NCBI GenBank assembly: GCA_015065005.1
Contig: SVRE01000004.1
Location: 1,922-65,921, forward strand
Direction: 5' to 3'
DNA from: Oscillospiraceae bacterium
Lineage (GTDB): Bacteria; Bacillota; Clostridia; Oscillospirales; CAG-272
DNA: 64,000 bases
Within the stretch, counting starts at the first letter, position 1. Every line of letters starts with the position of its first letter. Positions 10,957 to 22,500 of this stretch are shown here, piece after piece. The position numbers and the translations under genes are program-made. The notes below the pieces were generated by a model, which saw only the letters and a list, made by a program, of their open reading frames with translations, made no database searches and was not told the DNA's origin.

Positions 10957-11370
10957 ATGCTTGGTAAAAGAAAAGTTAGAAAATTTGCATTTGAATTAAT
11001 ATTCGGCTATGAATTCAACAAAGAGGAAACTCCCATTTCTTATTACGAAAGAGCCTATGACAATTTTGTCTGTGAAGATGATGAGGAAGAAAGTGTAAAG
11101 TCTTTGTTTTTTGGAGTGTGTCAAAATATCGAAAAGATTGATGAGATAATTTCAAATAATTTGAGCGGTTGGAAAATTAATCGAATTTCAAAGCCTGCCC
11201 TTTCAATAATGAGAATCAGTGTTTTTGAAATAGTGTTTTCCAAGCTTCATCCTGCTATTTCGATTAATGAAGCGGTTGAGCTTGCAAAAGAGTTTTGTGA
11301 GGACGGTGCCGCTTCATATATAAACGGTGTTCTCAACAACATTGCTAAAAATAACAGCATCAATGACTAA
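10957..11370 (+). CDS. nusB: Transcription antitermination factor NusB
   Basis: About 137 aa with NusB-like helices (RKFAFELIF..., INEAVELAKEF, INGVLNNI). Start chosen at MLGKRK because AAGGA lies 8 nt upstream. Confidence 0.85.
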   Translation: MLGKRKVRKFAFELIFGYEFNKEETPISYYERAYDNFVCEDDEEESVKSLFFGVCQNIEKIDEIISNNLSGWKINRISKPALSIMRISVFEIVFSKLHPAISINEAVELAKEFCEDGAASYINGVLNNIAKNNSIND

Positions 11371-12304
11371 AAAGGTAATTGTCGGTATCGACACTAGTAA
11401 TTATACAACATCCTGCGCAATTTGTGACATGGATGGTGTTGTAATAGAAAATTATAAGGAGCTGTTACCCGTAAAATCCGGTAACAATGGCTTGAGGCAG
11501 AGCGATGCTGTTTTTGCACATGTTAAAAATTTTCAGATTATTTCTTCAATGATAAAAGAAAAGCACGCAGAGTATGAAATTGTTGCAATAGGGTATTCGG
11601 CATACCCGCGAGATGCTAAAGATTCGTATATGCCGTGCTTTCTTGTTGGTAAGGCTGTTGCAGAAATGATAGCTGCTTTGTATTGTATTCCCGCATATCA
11701 GTTTTCGCATCAAAGCGGACACATTATGGCTGCTTTATATTCAGCCAAATTTAAGCCAAAGGAAAAGTTTATAGCATTTCACGTTTCAGGTGGAACAACT
11801 GAAATTGTTTTAGCCGAGCCTTCTTGTGATGGATTTTGCGTAAATATTCTGGGTGGAAGCGTTGATTTACACGCTGGACAAGCAATTGACAGAATTGGTG
11901 TTAAAATGGGGCTTGATTTTCCTTGTGGAAAAATGATTGAAAAACTGGCACTTGAAAATATTGATAAAATCCCAAAATTCAATGTTTGCGTAAATCGGTT
12001 TCAATGCAATTTATCCGGTGTTGAGAATTTAGCAACAAGCTTGTACAATAAAACCGAAAATAAAAGATTGGTTTCTGCATTTGTTTTATCGTTTTTGGAA
12101 AAAACTATTGAAAAGCTTACATCAAATCTTCGCAAAGAGTACGGAAACATTAAGATAGTTTATGCCGGTGGCGTTATGAGTAATAAGATCATACAAGAAC
12201 AATTATCGAGGGCTTTTGGTGATGTATATTTTGCTGAGCCTTCATTTAGCACTGACAATGCGTGTGGCGTTGCACTTTTGGCAAGAGAAAGATATTTAAA
12301 ATGA
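11363..12304 (+). CDS. Kae1/TsaD-family (peptidase M22 glycoprotease-like, ASKHA fold) protein
   Basis: GIDTSNYTTS N-terminus, HQSGH and HVSGGTTE motifs. Start is uncertain (11327 or 11363); it overlaps the end of nusB. Confidence 0.6.
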   Translation: MTKKVIVGIDTSNYTTSCAICDMDGVVIENYKELLPVKSGNNGLRQSDAVFAHVKNFQIISSMIKEKHAEYEIVAIGYSAYPRDAKDSYMPCFLVGKAVAEMIAALYCIPAYQFSHQSGHIMAALYSAKFKPKEKFIAFHVSGGTTEIVLAEPSCDGFCVNILGGSVDLHAGQAIDRIGVKMGLDFPCGKMIEKLALENIDKIPKFNVCVNRFQCNLSGVENLATSLYNKTENKRLVSAFVLSFLEKTIEKLTSNLRKEYGNIKIVYAGGVMSNKIIQEQLSRAFGDVYFAEPSFSTDNACGVALLARERYLK

Positions 12305-12321
12305 ATACTTAGGGGGTATAT

Positions 12322-13572
12322 ATGAATTATAGGTTTGACGATGACGGAAATGTGTTGCCCCCAATTCCAAAAACTATTTCTGAGATTAACAATTACATTA
12401 AAGCTTTAGTTGAGGAAGAAGCATTATTACAGGATATATATGCTGTCGGCGAAATTTCGAATTTTAAGCATCATTATGCCTCAGGTCATTTTTATTTTAC
12501 TTTAAAGGATGAAGGCAGTGAAATAAGGGCAGTGATGTTCAGATCATCTGCTATAAAGGTAAAGTTTAAGCCCCAAGACGGAATGAAGGTCATTATTCAC
12601 GGAAGAATCGGCGTTTATTCTCAAGCTGGTTCCTATCAAATATATGTTGATTCTATGCAACCTGATGGGATAGGTTCTTTGCATTTAGCATTTGAACAGT
12701 TGAAGCAAAAGCTTGATAATGAAGGGATATTTGATGAGGGACATAAGCTTCCGTTACCAAAATATCCAAAAAGCATTGGTATTATTACGTCTTCAACAGG
12801 CGCTGCAGTTCGTGACATAATTAAGGTTGCTACAAAAAGGTATCCTTGCTGCAAGCTTATCGTTTTTCCGTCATTAGTGCAGGGTAACGATGCGCCAAAA
12901 GAATTAATCAAAGGAATTGAGTATTTTAATTTATTTTATCCGGTTGATGTGATTATTATCGGACGTGGCGGTGGTTCTATTGAAGATTTGTGGGCATTTA
13001 ATGATGAAACGCTGGCTTATTCTGTTTATAATTCAAAAATCCCCATAATATCTGCTGTCGGACATGAAATTGATTTTACTATATGCGATTTTGTAGCTGA
13101 CGTAAGGGCCGCTACTCCATCGCACGCAGCAGAGCTTGCTACACCTGATGTTCAAGAAATAAAGTATAGACTTAATGAGTTCAAAGAAAGAGCCATAGGC
13201 GGTATTGTTGATAATTTTAATGCAGGCAAGGCAAGGGTTGAGGCGTTATCTTGCTCAAAAGTATTTTCAAGACCATTAAATATACTGGATATTCCCATGT
13301 TGAAGGTGACTACTCTTAGCGAAAAATTATCTTCAACTATGCAGATGAGCTTAAATGAGCAAAAAGAAAGATTTATTAAAACCAACTCAAAGCTTATAGC
13401 ACTTAATCCAATGGCAGTTTTGAATAGAGGATACGGTGCAGTGTTTGACGGTTCTAATAAAGTTATAAAAAGTATCGATAATGTTGATATAAATGATGAA
13501 ATATCAGTTAAAATTGTTGACGGCGTGATAAAAGCAACGGTAGTAGGTAAGGAAGGTAAGATAGATGGCTAA
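12322..13572 (+). CDS. xseA: Exodeoxyribonuclease VII large subunit
   Basis: 416 aa with an N-terminal OB fold and the GRGGGSIEDLWAFN motif. Confidence 0.95.
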   Translation: MNYRFDDDGNVLPPIPKTISEINNYIKALVEEEALLQDIYAVGEISNFKHHYASGHFYFTLKDEGSEIRAVMFRSSAIKVKFKPQDGMKVIIHGRIGVYSQAGSYQIYVDSMQPDGIGSLHLAFEQLKQKLDNEGIFDEGHKLPLPKYPKSIGIITSSTGAAVRDIIKVATKRYPCCKLIVFPSLVQGNDAPKELIKGIEYFNLFYPVDVIIIGRGGGSIEDLWAFNDETLAYSVYNSKIPIISAVGHEIDFTICDFVADVRAATPSHAAELATPDVQEIKYRLNEFKERAIGGIVDNFNAGKARVEALSCSKVFSRPLNILDIPMLKVTTLSEKLSSTMQMSLNEQKERFIKTNSKLIALNPMAVLNRGYGAVFDGSNKVIKSIDNVDINDEISVKIVDGVIKATVVGKEGKIDG

Positions 13573-13798
13573 AAAAAATATTAGCTTTGAAGATGCTCTT
13601 GATAGGCTTGAAGAAATTGTCGATTTGTTGGAGAGCGGAGAGAATCCGCTGGAAAAATCCTTAGAGCTTTTTGAAGAAGGTGTTAAGTTAGTTAAGCTAT
13701 GCAATAAAAAGCTTGAAAACGTTGAAAATTCCATTAAAATCCTTGTGAATAATGATGGAGAATTTGTAGAAAAGGACTTTAACCCGGATGAATACTGA
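13565..13798 (+). CDS. xseB: Exodeoxyribonuclease VII small subunit
   Basis: 77 aa with the FEDALDRLEEIVDLLE motif. Overlaps xseA and ispA. Confidence 0.93.
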   Translation: MAKKNISFEDALDRLEEIVDLLESGENPLEKSLELFEEGVKLVKLCNKKLENVENSIKILVNNDGEFVEKDFNPDEY

Positions 13799-14681
13799 AT
13801 TTGAAGAATTGCTTCGAGCAAATTGTGCGGTTATTGAAGATAAGTTAAAAGAGTACATAACCGATAAAGATGATAACGGTTTGGGAAAAGTGATGGCATA
13901 TAGCCTGCTTTCCGGCGGTAAAAGAATACGTCCGTTTATTACGATAGAAGCCTTTCGCCTTTTTTCCAATGATGATATAAAGAAGGTTTTACCGTTTGCT
14001 TGCGCTTTAGAAATGATACATGCGTATTCATTGATACATGATGATTTGCCGTGTATGGATAATGATGATATGAGAAGGGGTAAGCCAACAAGCCACATTG
14101 TGTTTGGCGAGGCGGAGGCGCTTTTGGCCGGCGATACCTTGTTAACTTATGCATTCGAGGTATTGGGCTCTAATCAATATGTTTCAGACAAAAGCATTCG
14201 CTTGGCTACTGTTGCTCTTTCGAAATGTGCTGGCTTTAGTGGAATGGCCGGCGGTCAAATGATAGATTTAAGATCTGGCGAAAAAATCGGTTCTTTTGAA
14301 GAGCTGAAAAGAATGCATTCATTAAAAACAGGTGCGCTTATACGTTGCGCAATGCTTCTTGGCTATTTTGCCGCCTGTGATGAACCCGACTCTGAAGTAA
14401 TTAATGATATTGAAAGCTATGCTATAAATTTAGGAATTGCCTTTCAGATTAGGGATGATATTTTAGATAAAATTGCAAATAGTGATGAGCTTGGTAAGCC
14501 TGTCGGCTCTGACAGCAAAAACGGTAAATCAACCTCGCTGTCCTTTATGAGCATTGATACGGCGCAGGGATATGTTGATCGGTTTACAGGCGAAGCTATT
14601 TCAATTATTGAAAAGTATTATAACGGTACAAAACGACCACTGATTGATTTAGCTAAATATATGGTTGGTAGAAACAAATAA
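13788..14681 (+). CDS. ispA: Farnesyl/geranyl diphosphate synthase
   Basis: Aspartate-rich motifs LIHDDLPCMDNDDMRRG and QIRDDILD. Confidence 0.93.
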   Translation: MNTEFEELLRANCAVIEDKLKEYITDKDDNGLGKVMAYSLLSGGKRIRPFITIEAFRLFSNDDIKKVLPFACALEMIHAYSLIHDDLPCMDNDDMRRGKPTSHIVFGEAEALLAGDTLLTYAFEVLGSNQYVSDKSIRLATVALSKCAGFSGMAGGQMIDLRSGEKIGSFEELKRMHSLKTGALIRCAMLLGYFAACDEPDSEVINDIESYAINLGIAFQIRDDILDKIANSDELGKPVGSDSKNGKSTSLSFMSIDTAQGYVDRFTGEAISIIEKYYNGTKRPLIDLAKYMVGRNK

Positions 14682-15454
14682 TGAGATTAGATTTATATTT
14701 GTTCCAGAAAAATTATGTTAAGAGTCGGCAAAAGGCAAAAAGCCTGATTGAAGAAGGCAATGTAAAATTGAATGGAAAGACAATTTTAAAGCCGGCTTTT
14801 GATGTCGATAACAGTGATGAAATTTTTGTGGAAATAATTGATAGCTGTCCTTATGTTTCAAGGGGTGGGCTAAAGCTTGAAAAAATTATAGAAATGACAA
14901 AGGTTGATATTAAAAATAAGGTTTGTCTTGATATAGGCGCATCTACCGGTGGATTTACACATTGCTTGATATTAAACGGTGCAAAAAAGGTATATGCGGT
15001 AGATTCTGGAACTGATCAGCTTGCCAAATTGCTTAAAGAGGATGAGCGTGTCGTTTCAATCGAGAATTATAATGCTCGCGACTTAAATATTCAAGATATT
15101 GGCGAATATGTAGATGTGATAACCATAGATGTGTCTTTTATTTCTCAATGCTTGATATTGCCGTCAGCATGCAAGCTGTTAAAGGATGACGGGATTTTTT
15201 TAAGTTTGATTAAGCCGCAATTTGAAGCGGGTCGACCAAATATCGGCAAGGGCGGAATTGTGAAAGACAAAAAAGCACGGCTGCACGCAGTAAATAATGT
15301 ACTTGAATGTGCCGGGGCGAACATGCTTATTTGCACTTCATTTTCAAAATCTCCAATCGAGGGAGGAGATGGAAATGTTGAATATCTTGCTGCTTTTTCA
15401 AAGTTTGGCAAACCGATAAACGAAGATTTAATTAAAAAGATTGTTTTAGAATAG
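14681..15454 (+). CDS. tlyA: TlyA-family rRNA 2'-O-methyltransferase
   Basis: N-terminal S4-like domain and SAM-binding motif DIGASTGGFT. The start overlaps the ispA stop (ATAATG). Confidence 0.9.
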   Translation: MRLDLYLFQKNYVKSRQKAKSLIEEGNVKLNGKTILKPAFDVDNSDEIFVEIIDSCPYVSRGGLKLEKIIEMTKVDIKNKVCLDIGASTGGFTHCLILNGAKKVYAVDSGTDQLAKLLKEDERVVSIENYNARDLNIQDIGEYVDVITIDVSFISQCLILPSACKLLKDDGIFLSLIKPQFEAGRPNIGKGGIVKDKKARLHAVNNVLECAGANMLICTSFSKSPIEGGDGNVEYLAAFSKFGKPINEDLIKKIVLE

Positions 15455-15466
15455 TAGGAGATGGGT

Positions 15467-15913
15467 ATGAAACCAAAGAGACAAGAAAAAATATTAGAGA
15501 TTATTGCTAATAATAACATTGAGACTCAAGAGGATTTAATCAGTGCGTTAAGAAGTGAGGGCTTTAATGCTACTCAGGCAACTGCTTCACGTGATATCAG
15601 ACAGTTAAAGCTTGTTAAGGTGCTTGATAACGGAGTATATAAGTACGTGGCGCCTAAAAATGATAACGATAAAACAGGTACATACAATCACGCATTATTT
15701 TCTTCAATTACTGACATTAAATACGCTTTAAACAATGTAGTAATTAAAACTAATCCCGGTTTAGCCCAGGCTGTTGCTGCCGGAATTGACACTTTGCATG
15801 ATGTTGATATTTTAGGATGCGTTGCGGGCGATGACTGTATAATACTTGTATCTGCATCTGAAGAAGCAAGCAAGAATATTACTAACAAAATATCTAAAAT
15901 TGCGGGTAGATAA
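15467..15913 (+). CDS. argR: Arginine repressor
   Basis: RQEKILEII...TQEDL...TQATASRDIRQLKL wHTH and C-terminal GCVAGDDCIILV. AGGAG lies 6 nt before ATG 15467; the track start at 15461 is less likely. Confidence 0.92.
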   Translation: MKPKRQEKILEIIANNNIETQEDLISALRSEGFNATQATASRDIRQLKLVKVLDNGVYKYVAPKNDNDKTGTYNHALFSSITDIKYALNNVVIKTNPGLAQAVAAGIDTLHDVDILGCVAGDDCIILVSASEEASKNITNKISKIAGR

Positions 15914-15925
15914 TTAGGAGATAAA

Positions 15926-17641
15926 ATGCTTGATTTTTTGCACATAGAAAACATAGCTGTTATTAAAAAATTAGATATCAATTTCGGGAATGGATTTAAT
16001 GTGCTGACTGGAGAAACAGGAGCCGGCAAATCTATAATAATTGATTCCATAAATATGCTGCTTGGGGCAAAAATATCAAAGGATTTAATACGACATGGGC
16101 AAAACCATGCCGTAGTTTCTGCGTTGTTTTCTGATGTTAATGAAGGCGTTTATGAGCTTTGTGATGAATTAGGCGTCTATTATGATAAAGAAGATGTGTT
16201 TTCAATTTCAAGAAGCTACACTATAGATGGAAAAAATACAGTAAAGATTAATTCAACACCTGCAACATTAATGCAATTAAAGGCTGTAGGTGCTAAGCTT
16301 ATCAACATTCACGGTCAGAACGAGAACCAAAGCTTTATGAATAAAGCCAATCATATTCGATTGTTGGATGAATATGCTGAGGCTTTTGCTGAAGTTGAGT
16401 CATACTCACAAATATATTCTAAGCTGAATGCTATAAAGCAGGAAATTAATTCTTTAGTAGAAGAAAATAAGCAAAAGGATACAATGATTGATATTTTACA
16501 GTATCAAATAAAAGAAATAGCTTTAGCTAAATTTAAGGATTTAGATGAAGAAGAAAAGCTTATTGAATTACGTAAAAAACTAAAGGGTGCTGAAAAAATA
16601 GTAAAAAATTCCTCCACAGTTTATAAGGCTCTTTTGCAAAATGAAAGTGGAGTAAGCGCGACTGTTTTGATAGAAAAGGCAATCGAAGCTCTTAACAGAA
16701 TTTCTGATATTGAAGCAGAGGCTGTTAAAATGGTGGAGAAGCTTAGTAATTTTAAATATGAAATTGAAGATATAGCGGAAAGCGCAAAGGGTTTTTGTAC
16801 ATTTGATGGGGTCAGTGATCCGCAAAAGAGCTTAGAACAGGTTGAAGACAGGCTAGCCCTTATCCAAAAGCTTGAAAGAAAATATGGTAGCAATATTGAG
16901 GAAATTTTAAAATTTAAAGAAAATGCTGAATTAAAATTAAAGAATTTTGAAGATGCAGACAATAAATTGGAAGATTTGAAATTCGAATATAAGAAGCTTT
17001 ATGCTGATGCTTGCGTTTTGGCTTCAAAGCTCCATGAGAAAAGAACCGTTGCATCAAAAGAATTAAGTAAGTTAGTGAAAGAAGCCCTTGTATTTTTAGA
17101 TATGCCAAAGGTACAATTTTTAATTGAAGTTAAAGAAACGCAAAGGGACGGAAAGCTGATGCTGAATTCTCTTGGTTGTGATGATGTGGAATTTATGATT
17201 GCTACAAATGTTGGCGAAGATCTTACTCAAATGAATAAGATTGCGTCCGGTGGTGAATTGGCAAGAATAATGCTTGCATTAAAGAGTGCTTTAACAGATA
17301 AAAACGGCGCACAGACAATAATTTTTGATGAAATAGATACCGGAGTTTCCGGAAGCACATCGCAAAAAATAGGAGTAAAGCTTGCAAAAATTTCAAAAAA
17401 CACCCAAACCTTCTGTGTTACACACTCTGCACAGATTGCCTCTTTAGCCGAAAATCATTATTTTATTAAGAAGTCAGAGGTTGACGGTAGGGCAGAGACA
17501 AATATAACTCTTTTAAGTGATGATGAAAGGGTAGATGAGATAGCCAGAATTATTGGCGGTATTGATTTGACCTGTAAGCAATTTGATGCTGCAAAAGAAT
17601 TGATTTATCAATCAAAAGAGTTATTAAAAGCTCTGAAATAA
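15926..17641 (+). CDS. recN: DNA repair protein RecN
   Basis: 571 aa with GETGAGKSI Walker A, a coiled coil, and SGGE plus FDEIDTG at the C-terminus. Confidence 0.96.
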   Translation: MLDFLHIENIAVIKKLDINFGNGFNVLTGETGAGKSIIIDSINMLLGAKISKDLIRHGQNHAVVSALFSDVNEGVYELCDELGVYYDKEDVFSISRSYTIDGKNTVKINSTPATLMQLKAVGAKLINIHGQNENQSFMNKANHIRLLDEYAEAFAEVESYSQIYSKLNAIKQEINSLVEENKQKDTMIDILQYQIKEIALAKFKDLDEEEKLIELRKKLKGAEKIVKNSSTVYKALLQNESGVSATVLIEKAIEALNRISDIEAEAVKMVEKLSNFKYEIEDIAESAKGFCTFDGVSDPQKSLEQVEDRLALIQKLERKYGSNIEEILKFKENAELKLKNFEDADNKLEDLKFEYKKLYADACVLASKLHEKRTVASKELSKLVKEALVFLDMPKVQFLIEVKETQRDGKLMLNSLGCDDVEFMIATNVGEDLTQMNKIASGGELARIMLALKSALTDKNGAQTIIFDEIDTGVSGSTSQKIGVKLAKISKNTQTFCVTHSAQIASLAENHYFIKKSEVDGRAETNITLLSDDERVDEIARIIGGIDLTCKQFDAAKELIYQSKELLKALK

Positions 17642-17731
17642 CAGTTTTTACTTGAAGCGTTAACGATCAAATGTAAATAAACATATTTATTTTCATATAA
17701 TATAGAGAATGCTCTTATAAGGAGAATAAAT

Positions 17732-18628
17732 ATGTTTTTTTCATTACTTTTAGATTATTTGCATAATAAACACATTGAATTTGCATTAGACGTAAATACA
17801 GCGGATTTGGTCTCTTTCAGAATAGGTGGGACTGCTAAGATAGCTATTTTTCCCAAAAATACAGAAGAGCTTGTAGATTTAATTGAATTTGTAAAAAACG
17901 AAAAGTATTTTATAATTGGTAACGGGACAAATTGTTATTTTTCAAGCGGGATGTATGACGGAATTGTTATTGCTACCAAGCATCTGAATAAGTCACATAC
18001 TAAAGGCAATACCATCGTAGCAGAATGCGGTGCTTCTATATCAAAATTGTGCAAAATGGCATTGGAAAGCTCCCTTTCGGGCATAGAATTCGCATATGGA
18101 ATACCGGGAAGCGTGGGTGGTGCAATTTATATGAATGCATCGGCTTTCGGCGGTGATTTTTCACAAATTGTCAAAAAAAGCAAGGTCCTTGACATTGAAA
18201 GCGGCAGAATAATCGAGTTAAGCAAAGAAGAGCATTGCTTTAGTGAGAAATTTTCAGTTTTTAAAGAGAAAAAACATGTTATTTTGGAAAGTGAGTTATT
18301 ACTTCAAAGCTGTGATAAAATGCTTATACATGGTAAAATGAGTGAATATATTGATAAGCGTAAAATATCACAGCCACTTGATTTGCCAAGCGCAGGGAGT
18401 GTATTTTTAAAGCCAAAAGACGGTTATGCATCATATATGATTGACAAGTCAGGTCTTAAGGGATTTACAGTTGGCGGTGCACAGGTATCGGAAAAGCACG
18501 CAGGATTCATTGTTAATGTAAACAGTGCGAGTGCTACAGATGTTCAAGAGCTGATTAATGTGATTAAAGCAAAAGTTTATAAGGAATTTAGCGTGGAGTT
18601 AAAGGAAGAAATAATTTATATAGATTAG
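17732..18628 (+). CDS. murB: UDP-N-acetylenolpyruvoylglucosamine reductase
   Basis: FRIGG and GNGTN FAD-binding motifs, and GGAQVSEKHAGFIVN. Confidence 0.93.
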   Translation: MFFSLLLDYLHNKHIEFALDVNTADLVSFRIGGTAKIAIFPKNTEELVDLIEFVKNEKYFIIGNGTNCYFSSGMYDGIVIATKHLNKSHTKGNTIVAECGASISKLCKMALESSLSGIEFAYGIPGSVGGAIYMNASAFGGDFSQIVKKSKVLDIESGRIIELSKEEHCFSEKFSVFKEKKHVILESELLLQSCDKMLIHGKMSEYIDKRKISQPLDLPSAGSVFLKPKDGYASYMIDKSGLKGFTVGGAQVSEKHAGFIVNVNSASATDVQELINVIKAKVYKEFSVELKEEIIYID

Positions 18629-18636
18629 GTGAAATA

Positions 18637-19497
18637 ATGGTTTCATTTGCAAAAAAAGTTAAAAGAGAGCTTTGCATTACAACCGATAAAATTAAAAGCT
18701 GTTGTGGTTATTCATTAATTTATGGGATGCTTTTTTGCGCTTCAATTAAAGAAGAAAAGCTTTGTCTTAAGGTGTTGAATAGTGATGTTGGTGAGTTTTT
18801 TACTAATCTTTGTCAACAATTATCTGTCAAGAATACCTTTATGTATTCATATGAAAAAAACAGAATTAAAATATTACCTGAGTTTTTAAGGTATAATAGT
18901 CTTGCGGAAGTTAAGAAAAATATATTCAAGTGTGGAAAATGCAAGGAGTATTTTTTAAAAGGTATTTTTTTAACTGTCGGAACTGTAAATGATCCTGAAA
19001 AGTCATATAGACTGGAACTGGTGTTTGATGATGAAAATAAAGCAAATGAAATATCATTTCTTCTTGATGATATGGGATTGTGTCCAATGTACACAAAAAG
19101 AAACGATAAATCAGTTTTGTATTTCAGGCGCAGTGAAGCTATTGAGGACTTTTTTGCAAATATTGGTGCTACATCCCTTGCTTTTGATATCATGAATAGC
19201 AAGATAAATAAAGAGCTTATCAACAACGCAAACAGAGTTACAAATTGTGATGCGGCTAACATAAATAAAGCAATAGTGGCCTCAAACAAATATAATACTG
19301 TAATTAATTACTTGATTGAAACAGAAAAGATTAAAAGATTGCCTGAGCATTTGCAAGAAATGGCTTTAAAAAGAGTTGAGTTAAAAGAGCTCAGCTTTGC
19401 TGAGCTTGGGAAGCAGTTTTCACCTCCCATATCAAAGTCAGGGGTGCATCACAGGCTTGAAAAAATATTGGAATTTTATAATGAATTAGAAGATTAA
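18637..19497 (+). CDS. whiA: Sporulation/cell-division transcription regulator WhiA
   Basis: 286 aa with a degenerate LAGLIDADG-like core and a C-terminal HTH (ISKSGVHHRLEKI). Confidence 0.9.
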   Translation: MVSFAKKVKRELCITTDKIKSCCGYSLIYGMLFCASIKEEKLCLKVLNSDVGEFFTNLCQQLSVKNTFMYSYEKNRIKILPEFLRYNSLAEVKKNIFKCGKCKEYFLKGIFLTVGTVNDPEKSYRLELVFDDENKANEISFLLDDMGLCPMYTKRNDKSVLYFRRSEAIEDFFANIGATSLAFDIMNSKINKELINNANRVTNCDAANINKAIVASNKYNTVINYLIETEKIKRLPEHLQEMALKRVELKELSFAELGKQFSPPISKSGVHHRLEKILEFYNELED

Positions 19498-19515
19498 TTT
19501 AGAAAGGATGCAGTT

Positions 19516-22500
19516 ATGTCGAATTTTGTTCACCTACATTTGCACAGTGAGTATAGCTTGCTTGACGGTGCCTGTCGAATAAAAGATATACCCAAGGCGG
19601 TTAAAGGCCTGGGTCAAAAGGCTGTGGCTATAACCGATCACGGTAACATGTTCGGCGCTGTTGAATTCTATAAGGCTTGCAAGGAAGAAGGAATTAAGCC
19701 GATTATTGGCTGCGAGGTATATTTAGCACCCGGCTCCCGTTTTGAAAAGGCAAGGGTAAATAATTTACCATATTATCATTTGGTTTTGCTTGTGAAAAAC
19801 GAAATTGGTTACAAAAATCTGTCATTTCTTGTTTCTTGCGGTTATACCGAAGGATTTTATGTAAAGCCAAGAATAGATTTAGAAGTTCTTCGCGAGCACA
19901 GCCAAGGCTTAATCGCTTTGTCCGCTTGTTTAGCAGGATTCATTCCTTCTGCAATAATGGCAGGAGATATTTACGGTGCAAAAAAGCATATATATCAAAT
20001 GCAAGAAATTTTTGGAAGGGACAACTTTTTTCTTGAGTTACAAAACCACGGTATTGATGAGCAGCTTGATGTAAATGAAGCAATATTAACACTGTCCAAA
20101 GAAACAAATGCACCGTTGGTTTGTACAAATGATGTGCATTATTTACAAAAAGAAGATGCGTATTTGCAGACCGTTTTAATGGCAGTGCAAATGAACACGA
20201 CCATTGAAAAAAAGAATAGCTCTATGTTTCCCACAAACGAATTTTATCTAAAAAGCGAAGATGAAATGTTGGAAGCTTTTGGTGGCATCAAGGAAGCTAT
20301 AGAGAATACTTGGAAAATTGCAGAGAGGTGTAATTTTGATTTTGAATTTGGTGTAACTAAACTGCCAAAGTTTATTTTACCGGAAGGTGTTTCTTCCAAA
20401 GAATATTTGTCAAAGCTTGCGTATTGTGGCTTTGAAAAAAGAATTTCGGACGGTAAAATCGTATTTACGGATGAGCATACAGAAGAGGAATACAGAGAAC
20501 GAATCGAATATGAGCTATCGGTCATTAATACAATGGGATATAATGATTACTTTTTGATAGTTTGGGATTTTATTAATTATGCAAAAAGTGTAGATATTCC
20601 TGTTGGACCTGGTCGTGGCTCGGGTGCCGGAAGCTTAGTTGCATTTCTGCTTGGAATTACTGATGTTGACTCAATTAAATTCGACCTGCTTTTTGAACGC
20701 TTTTTAAATATCGAAAGAGTTAGTATGCCTGATATTGATACTGACTTTTGTTATGAAAGGCGAGACGAAGTAATTGATTACGTAAAGAGAAAATACGGTG
20801 ATGATCACGTTGCGCAAATAGTTACTTTTGGAACCATGGCAGCTAAAGCGGCAATTAAGGATGTAGGCAGAGTGCTCGAAGTTCCTTACAATGATGTAGA
20901 TTTAATTTCCAAGCTAATACCTAAACGACTGAATGTCACTTTAAAAGACGCTTTGGAAGAGGTTCAGGAGATTAGGACTCTTTATAATAATGACAATAAG
21001 ATCAAAAAATTATTTGACACGGCCATGGCATTGGAGGGAATGCCAAGACACGCCTCAACCCACGCAGCAGGAGTTGTAATTACGGACAAGCCTATTGTCG
21101 ACTATTTACCGTTAGCAACAAATGGTGGGGTTGCGGTAACACAGTATGATATGGATACTGTAGCAAAGCTTGGGCTTTTAAAGTTTGATTTTCTTGCTTT
21201 AAGATATTTAACGATTATATCTGATACGGAAAAAATAATAAGGAAAAAACAGCCTGGTTTTAATATAGAAACGGTACCGTTAGATGACAAAAAAACATTT
21301 AAATTTATTTCTTCAGGTAAAACTGACGGCGTATTTCAGTTGGAATCGGCAGGAATGAAGCAGGTTTTAACTAAGCTTCAACCGGAAAGCATTGATGATA
21401 TAATTGCCACTATCGCTCTTTACCGTCCGGGTCCTATGGATTCTATACCAAATTATATTGAAAGAAGACACGATAAGTCTAAAATTATATATAAAACGCC
21501 GTTACTTGAGCCGATATTAAGGTCAACTTACGGTTGTATTGTGTATCAAGAGCAAGTAATGCAAATTTTTAGCAAAGTAGGCGGTTATTCTTATGGTAGA
21601 GCTGATATTGTTCGCAGAGCTATGTCTAAGAAAAAGGTTGATGAACTGATTAAAGAAAAGGAAATTTTCATTAAAGGCGCAACTGATAACGGTGTAGAAG
21701 AATGTGTTGCGGTTGAATTGTTTAATGAAATGGAAAGCTTTGCAAAATATGCGTTTAACAAGTCGCACGCTGCAGCTTATGCTTTCATATCGTATAGAAC
21801 AGCATATCTTAAAGCCAATTATCCAAATGAGTATTACGCATCGTTGATAACATCTGTTCTTGGCTCCACCGAAAAAATGACGGATTACATTGATGAGTGT
21901 GGTAAGGTGGGCATTCGTGTATTACCACCGGACATTAATTTTAGCGATGTTACCTTTTCGGTAGAAAACAATAACATCAGGTTTGGATTGCTTGCATTGA
22001 AAAACGTGGGCAGAAGCTTTATAACATCAATAGTTGAAGAAAGAATTCAAAACGGAAGATATGAAAGCTTTGATGATTTTGTTTATCGTTTAAAGGATAC
22101 CGATATAAATAAAAGGCAGGTTGAGGCACTGATTAAAGCGGGAGCATTCGACTCTTTGGGAAAATACAGGTCACAGTTATATAGGGTATATGAAACAGCT
22201 ATTGACGGTGCCCATAGTATATCCAAGACTACCGCTAACGGACAACTTGACATTACCCAACTAATGACGGGAGAAGAAATTGCAGGTACCATACCTAAAA
22301 TTGATTATCCTGACTTGCCTGAGTTTTCAATGAAGGATTTGTTGCTATTTGAACGTGAGGTTTTGGGCTTATGCTTTTCCGGACATATTTTGGATTCGTA
22401 TGATAAACATTTAGCGGTGTTAAAGCCTATGGAAATCAACAGTATATTAAGCAGTGATACGTTAAGGGACAGATCAAATGTTTCAATTGCCGGCTTGGTT

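Noticed and set aside
13565-15454. Looked for an OLE RNA (and its oapA partner), which in several Firmicutes sits within the xseA-xseB-ispA-(OLE-oapA-dxs)-tlyA-nadK-argR-recN cluster.
   Set aside because: Here xseB, ispA and tlyA overlap or abut (ispA stop and tlyA start share ATAATG). There is no non-coding gap, and dxs and nadK are also absent from the cluster.
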